DNA from: a virus
Lineage: Duplodnaviria; Caudoviricetes
Direction: 5' to 3' (one strand)
Virus record (IMG/VR): IMGVR_UViG_3300005611_000116
Location: 1 to 33,375 of that record
Length of the DNA stretch: 33,375 nt
Both the position numbers and the translations under genes were made by a program. This document shows positions 24,734 to 33,375 of the stretch, one piece after another; within the stretch, counting starts at the first letter, position 1, and each line of letters begins with the position of its first letter. The notes beneath the pieces are model-generated. The model did no database searches, had not been told where the DNA came from, and saw nothing but the letters and a program-made list of their open reading frames with translations.

Positions 24734-25612
24734 ATGGTAGACGAAAAACTACAAGACGAAAATGAAGAGACCGTCGTCGAACTTGAAGGTGAAGAAACCG
24801 AAGAAGCAAGTGCTGAGCCCGAAGTTTCTACAGAAGCCAAAGCGGACGACGATGAGCTAGAGAATTACAGCGAGTCTGTCCAAAAGCGCATCAATCGCTT
24901 GACGAAGAAGATGCGCGAAGCTGAACGTCGCGAGCAAGAGGCTCTGGCCTTTGCTCAGGGCGTGAAAGGCGAAATGGACAGTTTGCAAAGTCGTATGAAG
25001 GAGCTGGACACCAATTACAGCACCGAGTACGAAGGTCGTGTTACGAGCCAACTAGACTCCGCGAAGCGTGCGTTTAAGGAAGCTTATGAGGCTGGCGACG
25101 TTGACAAGATGGCCGAAGCCCAGCAGCTCATGTCCAAGATCACGATTGATCAGGAACGGCTGCGGTTGTATCGTCAGAATCAGCCCAAGGAAGAGGCGGC
25201 GGCTGCGCCACAGCAGCAAGCCCCTCAACAGGCGGCTCCGCGTCCGACCCCGGATGCCAAGGCGCAATCTTGGGCAGAGAAGAACGAATGGTTCGGTACG
25301 AATGAACGCATGACGCACATGGCATTCATAACACACCGAGAACTTGTAGAAGATGAAGGGTTTGACCCATCGTCTGATGAGTACTATGATGAGCTAGACC
25401 GGAGAATGCGTCGGGACTTCCCGAACCAGTTCTCTGCAAATGATGAATCGAAGCCTGCGGCACCCAAGCCCGCCCAAACCGTCGCAAGTGCTTCGCGTAA
25501 ACCAACAAGCAATGGGCGCAAGAGCGTAAAACTCTCCAAGAGTCAGGTGGAAATCGCCAGACGACTAGGGGTCCCGCTCGAAGAATATGCACGTTACGTG
25601 AAGGAGGCATAA
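24734..25612 (+). CDS. putative capsid scaffolding protein
   Basis: Acidic N-terminus, coiled coil (VQKRINRLT), WAEKNEWFG, C-terminal LSKSQVEIARRLGVPLEEYAR; located upstream of the capsid genes. Confidence 0.75.
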   Translation: MVDEKLQDENEETVVELEGEETEEASAEPEVSTEAKADDDELENYSESVQKRINRLTKKMREAERREQEALAFAQGVKGEMDSLQSRMKELDTNYSTEYEGRVTSQLDSAKRAFKEAYEAGDVDKMAEAQQLMSKITIDQERLRLYRQNQPKEEAAAAPQQQAPQQAAPRPTPDAKAQSWAEKNEWFGTNERMTHMAFITHRELVEDEGFDPSSDEYYDELDRRMRRDFPNQFSANDESKPAAPKPAQTVASASRKPTSNGRKSVKLSKSQVEIARRLGVPLEEYARYVKEA

Positions 25613-25613
25613 G

Positions 25614-26087
25614 ATGGCTGAGTTCGAAATTGAAAAAAGCGATCGCGCCCCTCGCGCTAAAACTACTCGCTCTGATATGGAGCGCAGGAAACCTTGGCGT
25701 CCCCCGTCACTTCTGGATGCGCCTGAACCCCCAGAGGGGTACAAGCACCGCTGGATTCGTGCGGAGATGGTAGGTCAGGAAGACCGTAAGAACGTGACAG
25801 CTCGTCTCCGTGAAGGGTTCGAACTGGTACGTGCTGAGGAATATCCTGACTTCGAAGCTCCGACTATCGAAGAAGGCAGACATGCAGGTGTCATCGGTGT
25901 AGGTGGGTTGCTGCTAGCAAGGGTTCCGGTAGAAACAGTCCGAGAACGTAATGCGTATTTCGCGGGACTGACTGAAAGTCAAATGGCAGCAGTGGACAAC
26001 GATATGCTTCGTGAAGCACATCCGTCCATGCCGATCAGTAAACCTGATCGACAGTCTCGAGTTTCATTTGGAGGCTCGAGGAAGTAA
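25614..26087 (+). CDS. conserved head-morphogenesis protein
   Basis: W.PPS.L.AP.PPEGY.HRWIR...REG.E.VR...GVGGLLLAR; AAGGAGG RBS. Confidence 0.75.
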   Translation: MAEFEIEKSDRAPRAKTTRSDMERRKPWRPPSLLDAPEPPEGYKHRWIRAEMVGQEDRKNVTARLREGFELVRAEEYPDFEAPTIEEGRHAGVIGVGGLLLARVPVETVRERNAYFAGLTESQMAAVDNDMLREAHPSMPISKPDRQSRVSFGGSRK

Positions 26088-26107
26088 CCACTTAATGGAG
26101 ATTAACC

Positions 26108-26674
26108 ATGGCTAATGTTGACAACCCTAATGGTTTCACTCCTGCGTACCACCTGACCGGCGGTACCATTCGTCAAAAGGAATACCGTATCGCTGATGAT
26201 TACGGTACCCGCATTTCGAATGGTGACGTAGTAAGCCTTACCACTGACGGTACTATCGTCATTGGCGCAGCTTCTACTGCCGCAATCGGCGTATTCGCAG
26301 GTTGTTCTTTCACCAAAGACGATGGCGAAATCGTATTCAGCCCGCACTGGCCTGCTTCGCAGTCCGTAAAGGGTTCTTATGCGACCGCATACGTCTTCGA
26401 TGACCCGATGATCGTTTATCGTGCACAGTTCTCCGGCGCCTCTGGCATCGCGGTTCTGGGCGGTACCTTCGATCTTCTGCCTACTGGCAGCACCTCAAGC
26501 AATGGTCGTTCCGTAATGGAAATCGACTCTTCAGACGCTACTGACGTTCTGTTGCGTGTACTGGACTTCGTCGCTTCTCCAAGCAACGATCCTGCGCAGG
26601 ACAACGCTGAAGCTTATGTCGTGATTGCTGAGCACCAGTTGGCGTTCTCCGCAACCTCTGGCGACATTTCTTAA
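26108..26674 (+). CDS. putative capsid decoration/cement protein
   Basis: MAN.D.P.GF.P start, GD.V, GVF.GC, V.DDP; beta-rich; directly before the major capsid gene. Confidence 0.7.
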   Translation: MANVDNPNGFTPAYHLTGGTIRQKEYRIADDYGTRISNGDVVSLTTDGTIVIGAASTAAIGVFAGCSFTKDDGEIVFSPHWPASQSVKGSYATAYVFDDPMIVYRAQFSGASGIAVLGGTFDLLPTGSTSSNGRSVMEIDSSDATDVLLRVLDFVASPSNDPAQDNAEAYVVIAEHQLAFSATSGDIS

Positions 26675-26685
26675 GGAGCTAAATC

Positions 26686-27597
26686 ATGGCAATTAATCGT
26701 GCACAACTCGTAAAAGAGCTGGAACCGGGCCTGAACGCTCTGTTTGGAATGGAGTACAACCGTTACGCTGAAGAGCATAAGGAAATCTTTGACGTCGAGT
26801 CTTCTGACCGTGCGTTCGAAGAAGAAGTAATGCTCTCTGGCTTCGGTGAGGCCTCGGTCAAGGGCGAAGGCGCTGGCGTCACTTATGACACCGCATCTGA
26901 AGCTTGGACCTCGCGTTACCAGCACGAAACGATCGCGCTGGCATTCGCGATCACTGAAGAAGCGATCGAAGACAACCTGTATGACAAGCTGTCTTCCCGC
27001 TATACCAAGTCGCTGGCACGTTCCATGCGTCACACCAAGGAAGTTAAGGCTGCCGCTGTTCTGAACAACGGCTTCTCCTCTTCCTACACCGGTGGTGACG
27101 GTATTGAGCTGTTCGCTACGAATCACCCGCTGACCTCTGGCGGCACCCTCCGTAACGAACCGTCAACCGCTGCTGACCTGAACGAAACCTCACTCGAAAA
27201 TGCACTGATCGATATCGCTGCATACGTCGATGAGCGTGGTCTGAAGGTTGCTATCAACGCTCAGAAGCTGATCATTCCGTCTCAGCTCCAGTTCGTTGCC
27301 GAGCGCCTGATGCGTTCTGAAGGTCGTGTAGCTACCGCTGACAACGACATCAATGCTGTACGTAGCATGGGCTTCTTGCCGGGCGGTTACACTGTCAATC
27401 ATTACCTGACTGACAGCGACGCTTGGTTCATTAAGACCGACGCTCCGAACGGCATGAAGATGTTCAACCGTTCTCCGGTTAAGACCTCAATGGAGGGGGA
27501 CTTTGAGACCGGCAACGTCCGTTACAAGGCGCGTGAGAGGTATTCTTTCGGCTGGAGCGACCCTCGCGCTATGTACGGCAGCCCCGGCGCAGCGTAA
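26686..27597 (+). CDS. major capsid protein (Mu gpT-like family)
   Basis: MAINRAQLVKELEPGLNALFG, S.RAFEEEV...GFG, GGDG..LF...HP, LIIP..L, YLTD.DAWF, RERYSFGWSDPR; AAGGAG RBS; biased codon usage. Confidence 0.92.
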   Translation: MAINRAQLVKELEPGLNALFGMEYNRYAEEHKEIFDVESSDRAFEEEVMLSGFGEASVKGEGAGVTYDTASEAWTSRYQHETIALAFAITEEAIEDNLYDKLSSRYTKSLARSMRHTKEVKAAAVLNNGFSSSYTGGDGIELFATNHPLTSGGTLRNEPSTAADLNETSLENALIDIAAYVDERGLKVAINAQKLIIPSQLQFVAERLMRSEGRVATADNDINAVRSMGFLPGGYTVNHYLTDSDAWFIKTDAPNGMKMFNRSPVKTSMEGDFETGNVRYKARERYSFGWSDPRAMYGSPGAA

Positions 27598-27622
27598 TAA
27601 ATCAACTACTTAGGTTGATTGG

Positions 27623-27652
27623 AAGCCCCTCTTCGGAGGGGCTTTTTATTTT
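27623..27652 (+). terminator. intrinsic terminator after major capsid gene
   Basis: AAGCCCCTC-TTCG-GAGGGGCTT-TTTATTTT. Confidence 0.88.
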
Positions 27653-27653
27653 C

Positions 27654-27681
27654 TTGACAAAGCCTCCTGACTACCTATTAT
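27654..27681 (+). promoter_or_regulatory. sigma70-type promoter for the HNH gene
   Basis: TTGACA-N16-TATTAT; AGGAGA RBS at 27699. Confidence 0.6.
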
Positions 27682-27710
27682 TCCCTGTATCGAAACACAG
27701 GAGAACCGGC

Positions 27711-28274
27711 ATGGGGTTACCGCAAACAAGAAAAGCTGCTCGTGAAATGGGTTCTGAGTTCTATTTCACAGGTAAACCTTGCAAACACGGGCATTTTGCC
27801 CCGCGTATAACCGCACGAGGGGAATGCGTAGAATGTCGCAAAGAAGGTTGGCAAAGAGAAAACGAAAGGCGCAGAGCTCTACCTGCGTCAGATGCTCTGA
27901 AAGCCAGCCAACGCCGCTACTATGAGCGGAACAAACCTTTGGTGATAGCTAGGGCACAGGCGCGCCCGACGGAAGACAAGCAGGCATATCGGCGCAAATG
28001 GAAGCAGAACAACCCAGAGCGCAATCAGGCCAACAATAACGCATGGCGGCGCAGACAAAAGAACGCCACCCCCAAGTGGCTTACGAAAGAGCAGCGCCGT
28101 TCGATCAACCAGACTTATTTGTACGCCAAGCATATGACAGAACTTACGGGCATCAAATATGTAGTCGACCATATAATTCCCTTGCGAGGGGGAAACGTGT
28201 GCGGCCTTCATGTTCCTGAAAATTTAAAACTGCTCACCCACGAAGCTAATTGTAGGAAATCTAACAAGCATTAA
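27711..28274 (+). CDS. free-standing HNH endonuclease
   Basis: Start ATG 27711; N-terminal YFTGKPCKHGH...CVEC Zn-ribbon; ATPKWL; VDHIIPL.G.NVCGLHVPENL......N..KSN. Confidence 0.9.
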   Translation: MGLPQTRKAAREMGSEFYFTGKPCKHGHFAPRITARGECVECRKEGWQRENERRRALPASDALKASQRRYYERNKPLVIARAQARPTEDKQAYRRKWKQNNPERNQANNNAWRRRQKNATPKWLTKEQRRSINQTYLYAKHMTELTGIKYVVDHIIPLRGGNVCGLHVPENLKLLTHEANCRKSNKH

Positions 28275-28289
28275 GTCGCCAAAACCCGC

Positions 28290-28318
28290 TTGACTAGAAT
28301 ATCTAGCAGGCGTATAAA
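28290..28318 (+). promoter_or_regulatory. sigma70-type promoter
   Basis: TTGACT-N17-TATAAA, placed so that transcription would start just before the structured RNA. Confidence 0.6.
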
Positions 28319-28326
28319 ACTCGTAA

Positions 28327-28402
28327 GTCTGGGAAATCCAGCTACGTAGACCGGCCCAGCGGACATTGCAGATGACTACGTAGCGAGTGCTGCAACACGG
28401 AG
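28327..28402 (+). ncRNA. structured leader RNA with two potential pseudoknots (possibly the Mu-gpT-DE motif)
   Basis: Pairings GCTACGTAG (28341-49)/CTACGTAGC (28376-84), CCG (28351-53)/CGG (28360-62), CTGGG (28329-33)/CCCAG (28355-59), TTGCAG (28366-71)/CTGCAA (28390-95). Confidence 0.65.
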
Positions 28403-28410
28403 ATACTCTG

Positions 28411-28842
28411 ATGGGCACTACTGTTTTTTCTGGTCCGATTAAAACCGGTACCGTTCGTGAAGGTTCTTCCGCAAATGTCGGCAACGTAGTGCTGTCTCAG
28501 ACCGCTACTGTCGCCTATACCGATGACGGCACTGCTGTGTCCGTCGCTACCATCCCAGCTAACTCTCAGATCATCGACCTGTATGTTGACGTACTGACCG
28601 TGTTTAACGGTTCTGGCACCGATCTACTGGATCTCGGCGACGGCACCACCGCAAACCTGTATGCAGACAACCTCGATTTGTCTTCTGCTGCACGTGTCCG
28701 TGGTTCTAGCGACGCCTCTCAGTTGGCTGAACTGGACGATGTTGGCTCCTCTGACGTTACCGTTTATGCAACTTACACCGACGCTGGCGGCGACGCATCT
28801 ACTGGTTCTGCTCGCGTAACGGTTGTTTACGTACAGAAGTAA
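28411..28842 (+). CDS. virion structural protein (MGTTVFSGPIKTG..., beta-sandwich-like)
   Basis: GGAG RBS before ATG 28411; IPANSQIID..VDV...F motif. Confidence 0.8.
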   Translation: MGTTVFSGPIKTGTVREGSSANVGNVVLSQTATVAYTDDGTAVSVATIPANSQIIDLYVDVLTVFNGSGTDLLDLGDGTTANLYADNLDLSSAARVRGSSDASQLAELDDVGSSDVTVYATYTDAGGDASTGSARVTVVYVQK

Positions 28843-28896
28843 CCGGCCATTGGCCTTTATTTGTAGCCCTTCGGGGTCTTTGAAAGAGGATTTAAC

Positions 28897-29280
28897 ATGG
28901 CAGATGCAGTAACCACGCAGGTTCTGGTCGATGGTCCGAAAACCGCGGTCCTGAAGTTCACCAACGTCAGCGACGGTACAGGCGAATCCGCCGTGGCCAA
29001 AGTGGACGTGTCCACTCTGGCAGACACTCCGTCTAAGGTTAAGATCATGCAGGCGTGGTTCACCACCGATGGCATGTCAGTTGACGTCCTGTTTGACGCG
29101 ACAGCCAACGTACTGGCGTTTACTGCTCCGGCTGGTCTGACTGACCATCTGGATTTCCGTTCTTTCGGCGGTATCCAGAACAACGCGGGCACCGGTGTGA
29201 CGGGCGACATCCTGTTCACCACTCGCAATCACACGTTGGGCGATACTTACTCCATCATTCTTGAGGTGAGTAAGTCCTAA
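28897..29280 (+). CDS. virion structural protein (MADAVTTQ...SDGTGESAVAKVDVS)
   Basis: GAGGA RBS; beta-rich; N-terminus typical of this phage group. Confidence 0.78.
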   Translation: MADAVTTQVLVDGPKTAVLKFTNVSDGTGESAVAKVDVSTLADTPSKVKIMQAWFTTDGMSVDVLFDATANVLAFTAPAGLTDHLDFRSFGGIQNNAGTGVTGDILFTTRNHTLGDTYSIILEVSKS

Positions 29281-29942
29281 TGGCTGTATCCGGCTCTACA
29301 AACTGGACGCTTGACGCTTCTGAGATTATCGAAGAGGCGTACGAGCGTATCGGTCAAGAGCTGCGCACCGGATACGATGCTCAGACGGGCCGCCGTTCCT
29401 TGAATCTCCTGTTGGCCGATTGGGCCAACAGGGGCATTCATCTCTGGATGGTTGACTCAGATTCGCAGGCGTTGACGGCGAGCACGGCAAACTACACACT
29501 TGATGCAGCGATCGTTGATATCATGGATGTTGTAGTTCGTAGAGACGGTACAGACTATTTACTCGAACGCATTTCACGTAACGAATACCAGAATCTGCCG
29601 GTCAAGACCGTCGAAGGTCGCCCGACCCAGTTCTGGATTGATCGTCAACGCGATGCTCCGGTGATTTACCTGTATCCGACTCCTGAGAATTCAACGGATG
29701 TCCTCCGGTTCTACAAGATGGTTCGGGCCGATGACATCGATGCGGCCGTGAATAATGCGGATGTACCGTACCGGTTCTTACCGGCATTGACTTCCGGGCT
29801 TGCGTACCACCTCGCGGTGAAGCGCAACCCCCAAATGGTCCCGTTGCTCAAGCAGCTTTACGACGAAGAAATGTTCCGCGCAGAGCAGGGTGATCGGGAT
29901 GATACCAACATGCGGTTGGTACCAAATTTGAGGGGCTACTAA
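29280..29942 (+). CDS. head-tail adaptor / tail tubular A-like protein
   Basis: IIEEAYER.G, RSLNLLLADWANRG..LW, GRPTQF, YLYPTP, RFLPAL..GLAY. Confidence 0.75.
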   Translation: MAVSGSTNWTLDASEIIEEAYERIGQELRTGYDAQTGRRSLNLLLADWANRGIHLWMVDSDSQALTASTANYTLDAAIVDIMDVVVRRDGTDYLLERISRNEYQNLPVKTVEGRPTQFWIDRQRDAPVIYLYPTPENSTDVLRFYKMVRADDIDAAVNNADVPYRFLPALTSGLAYHLAVKRNPQMVPLLKQLYDEEMFRAEQGDRDDTNMRLVPNLRGY

Positions 29943-30205
29943 TGCCCTTTGCAGTTGGCAAACGTGCTCTTGCCATCTGCGACCGCTGCGGATTTCAGGT
30001 CAAGTATTTGGCACTGAAAGAAGAGTGGAACGGATCTCGAGTGTGCCCGGAGTGCTTTGAAACCAAGCACCCGCAGCTCGAGCCTTCAGGTAAACGTGCG
30101 GATGCAGAGGCTCTGCGTCATGCCCGCCCTGATCGTGACGAACCACCGGTGAGTGCTGCGGATGCAGCTACGTACCAAGATTTTATTGATAGCAGGCAGT
30201 TCTGA
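29942..30205 (+). CDS. small CxxC-CxxC zinc-binding protein
   Basis: ICDRCGF...EWNG..VCPECFE.KHPQL...RPD. Confidence 0.8.
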   Translation: MPFAVGKRALAICDRCGFQVKYLALKEEWNGSRVCPECFETKHPQLEPSGKRADAEALRHARPDRDEPPVSAADAATYQDFIDSRQF

Positions 30206-30849
30206 TGGCGGGTTACACCTACACAACGCTGAAGCAAGCGATTCAGGATTACACGGACAATACCGAAACGGTATTCGTGAGCCAGATCGACAGCTTCATT
30301 CAGAACGCTGAAGAACGCATCTTGAAAGAAGCGAATCTCCAAGTGTTCCGCAAGAACGCATCTGCTTCGTTTACCAGCGGCAATAAATACCTGCCGAAGC
30401 CAAGCGACTGGTTATATACGTTTTCGATGTCCTATACCGACTCGAACAGCGATAGCTATTTCATGCTTCACAAAGATGTCAACTTTGTTCAGGATTATTG
30501 GCAGACGCCTTCTGACACTGCTGCACCAAAATACTATGCCGATTTTGACTATCAAAACTTCCTTATTGGCCCTACTCCAGACGACGCATACAACGTTGAG
30601 ATCCACTATGGATATCGTCCGCAGTCGATTACCGCAGCGGGCACAACATGGATCGGAACCAACGCGGGTCCGGCACTACTCTTTGCCTCCTTGGTGGAAG
30701 CGTACACATTTATGAAGGGTGAGCCGGACATGATTAAGGTCTACAATGACCGCTATCTTGAATCGCTTGATCGCCTCAAGAACCTCGGCGAAGGTCAGTC
30801 GAACAACGACCAGTATCGCCGTGGTCAGGTACGGAGAGCACCTAACTAA
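30205..30849 (+). CDS. second adaptor-like structural protein
   Basis: TYTTLKQAIQDY, FIQNAEERI, PKYYA, GPTPD..Y.VEIHY, LLFASLVEAY.FMKGE. Confidence 0.75.
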   Translation: MAGYTYTTLKQAIQDYTDNTETVFVSQIDSFIQNAEERILKEANLQVFRKNASASFTSGNKYLPKPSDWLYTFSMSYTDSNSDSYFMLHKDVNFVQDYWQTPSDTAAPKYYADFDYQNFLIGPTPDDAYNVEIHYGYRPQSITAAGTTWIGTNAGPALLFASLVEAYTFMKGEPDMIKVYNDRYLESLDRLKNLGEGQSNNDQYRRGQVRRAPN

Positions 30850-31142
30850 TGTTTGGCGTAGAAGTCAAAGTTGATATGCCCTTCGATGTGAAGGTGCAGA
30901 CTACGAATAACCGGGGTTTTACCCCAGAAGAGCTTGCTGAGCAGGCTCTGGAAAAAATTGTGTCGGTGTCTGATAACGCCGATCCGATGGTGCGTGAGCA
31001 AGCTCACGCGTTTAGAGAACGCATCCGTGCGGTTCTGGTTCACTACCTGAAGCAGGCAGCACGAAGCGATCGTACGACGGTCTGTGCAGCTTTAGACGCG
31101 GCGGGCCAGAAAAGCCTTTCTGAAATGATTAGGAGACTTTGA
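30849..31142 (+). CDS. conserved hypothetical protein
   Basis: V.TTNNRGFTPEELA...I.SVS..A.P..REQA.AF motif; coupled to the upstream stop. Confidence 0.75.
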   Translation: MFGVEVKVDMPFDVKVQTTNNRGFTPEELAEQALEKIVSVSDNADPMVREQAHAFRERIRAVLVHYLKQAARSDRTTVCAALDAAGQKSLSEMIRRL

Positions 31143-31143
31143 T

Positions 31144-31575
31144 ATGGCTATTTCACAGGCAATGTGCACCAGCTTCAAATCTGAACTGCTGACTGCTGAA
31201 CACAACTTCGCTAACTCTGGCGGCAACACTTTCCGTATTGCTCTGTACACCAGCTCCGCTACTTTGGATGCGAGCACTACCGCGTACAGCGCGACCAACG
31301 AAGTATCTGGTACCGGTTACACCGCTGCTGGTAACGCGTTGACTAACGTGGACCCGACTACCTCTGGCACGACTGCGTACACTGATTTCGCGGACACCAC
31401 TTGGTCTTCCGCGACGATCACCGCCAATGGCGCTTTGATCTACAACGATAGCCACGCCTCTGACGCAGCTGTTTGCGTACTGGCCTTCGGCGGTGACAAG
31501 ACCTCGACCAACGGTGACTTCACAATTCAGTTCCCGACTGCTGACGCGTCTACCGCAATCATTCGTATTGCCTAA
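31144..31575 (+). CDS. virion structural (tail-associated) protein
   Basis: MAISQAMCTSFK.ELL, F.IALYTSSATL, NEVSGTGYTAAG, L.FGGDKTST.GDFTIQFP; AGGAG RBS. Confidence 0.8.
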   Translation: MAISQAMCTSFKSELLTAEHNFANSGGNTFRIALYTSSATLDASTTAYSATNEVSGTGYTAAGNALTNVDPTTSGTTAYTDFADTTWSSATITANGALIYNDSHASDAAVCVLAFGGDKTSTNGDFTIQFPTADASTAIIRIA

Positions 31576-31600
31576 GACGTTGAGGTAGCGGAGCGCGGTT

Positions 31601-32677
31601 GTGGCTTTTACGTGGGGTGAACTAGAGTTTGGCGCTTCCGGTTTCGGCGGCATCCAAACTCAGACGCTCTCTGTATCCGGCGTATCGGCCACAACCGCTG
31701 CCGGAACTGTAATTCAGCGCACTGAAAACACGGTTGTTGTTTCTGGTGTAGTTGGGACCGCTGCGGTTGGCGACGAAGTTGCAGCAGCAAATGCTGATGT
31801 AGTAGTAACGGGCCTTCAGGGCACTTCAGCATTAGGTGACGAAGGAAACATCGCCTCTGCGCTAGTTGAGGTCAGCGGGGTTTCAGCTGGGGCATATACC
31901 TCAGCAGGCTGGGGTGAACTGCCGTATGGCGAGCAGCCGTTTGGCACGAGCGTGTTTATCGCGTTGGGGTACACCATATACCCAGAAGGGTTCGTTGCCA
32001 CTGCCTCTGTCAACAACGTAACGGTTGTAGCTGAGTCAAACTACGAACTAAGCGGCGTTGAGGGCACTGCGTTCCTTGGTGATGAAACCCCGACCGCAGA
32101 CGCGGTTGTGGTTGAAGAGGGTGTAGAAGCTACTGGGGCTGTTGGCTCCGTAGTTACTGTCGCTAAGGCTGTAACTGTGCCGACGGGAGTTGAAGGATCT
32201 GGTGAAACCGGATCTCCAACAATAGTAGCTAAGGCAGTTGTACTCCCGACCGGTGTTTCTGGTTCTGTTGCTCTAGGCGCAGAAACGGTAGAAGCTGATG
32301 CGGTTGTCATTGAAGACGGCGTGTCGGCTACTGGCGCAGTTGGCTCGGTTGTCACGGTAGCTAAAGCTGTAGTTCTCCCGACCACGGTTGTCGGAACTGG
32401 GGCTGTAGGCTCTCCAACAATAGTAGCTAAAGCTGTAGTTCTCCCGACAGGCGTATCTGCTACAGCTGCGCTCGGAGATGAAAGTGTTACGGCGGCAGCG
32501 GTTGTCATCGAAGACGGCGTGGCGGCTACTGGCGCCGTAGGTAACGAGACTGTTGTGGCTAAAGCAGTCGTCGTTCCGATCGGAGTTGTCGGAACAATGG
32601 GCGTGACACGTCCTACCGTATGGGGTAATTTAGCCCCAGCATACTCAGACATTTGGTCAGAAATAAAAGCCGCTTAA
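31601..32677 (+). CDS. Val/Gly/Ala/Thr-rich 22-aa repeat structural protein
   Basis: Repeat unit approximately A.AVV...GV.ATGAVG.....; GTG start after GGAG. Confidence 0.8.
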   Translation: MAFTWGELEFGASGFGGIQTQTLSVSGVSATTAAGTVIQRTENTVVVSGVVGTAAVGDEVAAANADVVVTGLQGTSALGDEGNIASALVEVSGVSAGAYTSAGWGELPYGEQPFGTSVFIALGYTIYPEGFVATASVNNVTVVAESNYELSGVEGTAFLGDETPTADAVVVEEGVEATGAVGSVVTVAKAVTVPTGVEGSGETGSPTIVAKAVVLPTGVSGSVALGAETVEADAVVIEDGVSATGAVGSVVTVAKAVVLPTTVVGTGAVGSPTIVAKAVVLPTGVSATAALGDESVTAAAVVIEDGVAATGAVGNETVVAKAVVVPIGVVGTMGVTRPTVWGNLAPAYSDIWSEIKAA

Positions 32678-32689
32678 TGGAGCGAGATT

Positions 32690-33375
32690 ATGGCTAGTAC
32701 TTATTCAACAGCGGGTCTTGAGCTTGTAACCCAAGGGGAACAGGCGGGCCAGTGGGGCGACACCACCAACACCAACTGGGAGTTGATTGAAGAAATGGTG
32801 GGCGGGGTTGTCTCCGTCGCGCTTACAACTACTAGCGAAACGCTTTCGATAACTGACGGCGCCTCTTCGGATGGTCGCCATGCTGCGGTCGTATTTACAG
32901 GTTCACCGGGCGGTACTTGTACCGTGACTGTAAGCCCGAACGACATGCAGAAGATTTATTTTGTCGTTAATAACTCAGATCAAACCGTTTCTATGTCGCA
33001 AGGGTCTGGCGCTAACGTCAGCATCGCGGCGGGCAGCAAGAAGATTGTTTACTGCGATGGCGCAGGTGCAGGTGCGGCCGTTGTCGACCTGACAACTAAT
33101 CTAGACATCAGTGGCCTCCACCTCGGCGGAACTGAAGTTACTGCCACGGCTACTGAGCTTAACTATGTAGACGCTACGTCTTCTATCCAGACTCAGCTTG
33201 ATGCGATGGTCGAGAAGGCTGGCGATACCATGACTGGGTTCTTAACCCTGCATGCGGACCCGACTTCAAATCTCCACGCAGCAACTAAGTCCTATGTGGA
33301 TGAAGTGGCTCAAGGCGTTGCTCTAAAACCTTCGGCACTTGCTGCTTCTACGGCGAACATCAGTGGCACTTACGA
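32690..33375 (+). CDS. tail fibre-like protein (3' truncated by window edge)
   Basis: Translated by hand from ATG 32690 after GGAG: MASTYSTAGLELVTQGEQAGQWGDTTNTNWELIEE... with later KAGDTMTG and AATKSYVD fibre motifs; no stop seen before the window end. Confidence 0.8.
   Translation, partial: MASTYSTAGLELVTQGEQAGQWGDTTNTNWELIEEMVGGVVSVALTTTSETLSITDGASSDGRHAAVVFTGSPGGTCTVTVSPNDMQKIYFVVNNSDQTVSMSQGSGANVSIAAGSKKIVYCDGAGAGAAVVDLTTNLDISGLHLGGTEVTATATELNYVDATSSIQTQLDAMVEKAGDTMTGFLTLHADPTSNLHAATKSYVDEVAQGVALKPSALAASTANISGTY

Noticed and set aside
27580-27620. Programmed frameshift or readthrough extension of the major capsid protein
   Set aside because: Tandem TAATAA stops, no slippery heptamer seen, and a strong terminator follows.
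1-33375. tRNA genes, integrase/att sites, diversity-generating retroelement, lysis cassette, alternative genetic code
   Set aside because: No cloverleaf, recombinase, reverse transcriptase or endolysin motifs were recognised, and core genes are intact under the standard code with TAA, TAG and TGA all used as stops.

Overview
Internal 33.4-kb piece of a tailed dsDNA bacteriophage genome (podovirus-like; sigma70-type promoters, host probably a proteobacterium). No rRNA, tRNA, CRISPR array or integrase is visible. From left to right: (i) the 3' end of a probable virion gene; (ii) a mostly leftward replication block with an SNF2-type helicase, a family A DNA polymerase carrying Leu at the E. coli F762-equivalent position, a DUF2815-type SSB, a DUF2800/Cas4-like nuclease and a string of small ORFs; (iii) a rightward Cro-like HTH gene and primase-polymerase/helicase, followed by an origin-like GTCCCAA array; (iv) terminase small subunit and a PD-(D/E)xK nuclease; (v) a ~4.4-kb island that separates terS from terL, built from small promoter-hairpin-RBS-ORF-terminator cassettes. 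The island is punctuated about every 1 kb by co-oriented CTCTGCGCCCCC(GG) repeats and also carries a degenerate 62-bp direct repeat; (vi) the morphogenesis block: terL, portal, basic GG-motif proteins, GroES, scaffold, capsid decoration, major capsid, an inserted HNH nuclease, a doubly pseudoknotted leader RNA, adaptors, a 22-aa repeat protein and the start of a tail fibre. The strongest candidates for undescribed biology are the repeat-punctuated cassette island and the pseudoknotted RNA. All protein family names come from motif recognition by eye, not from database searches.
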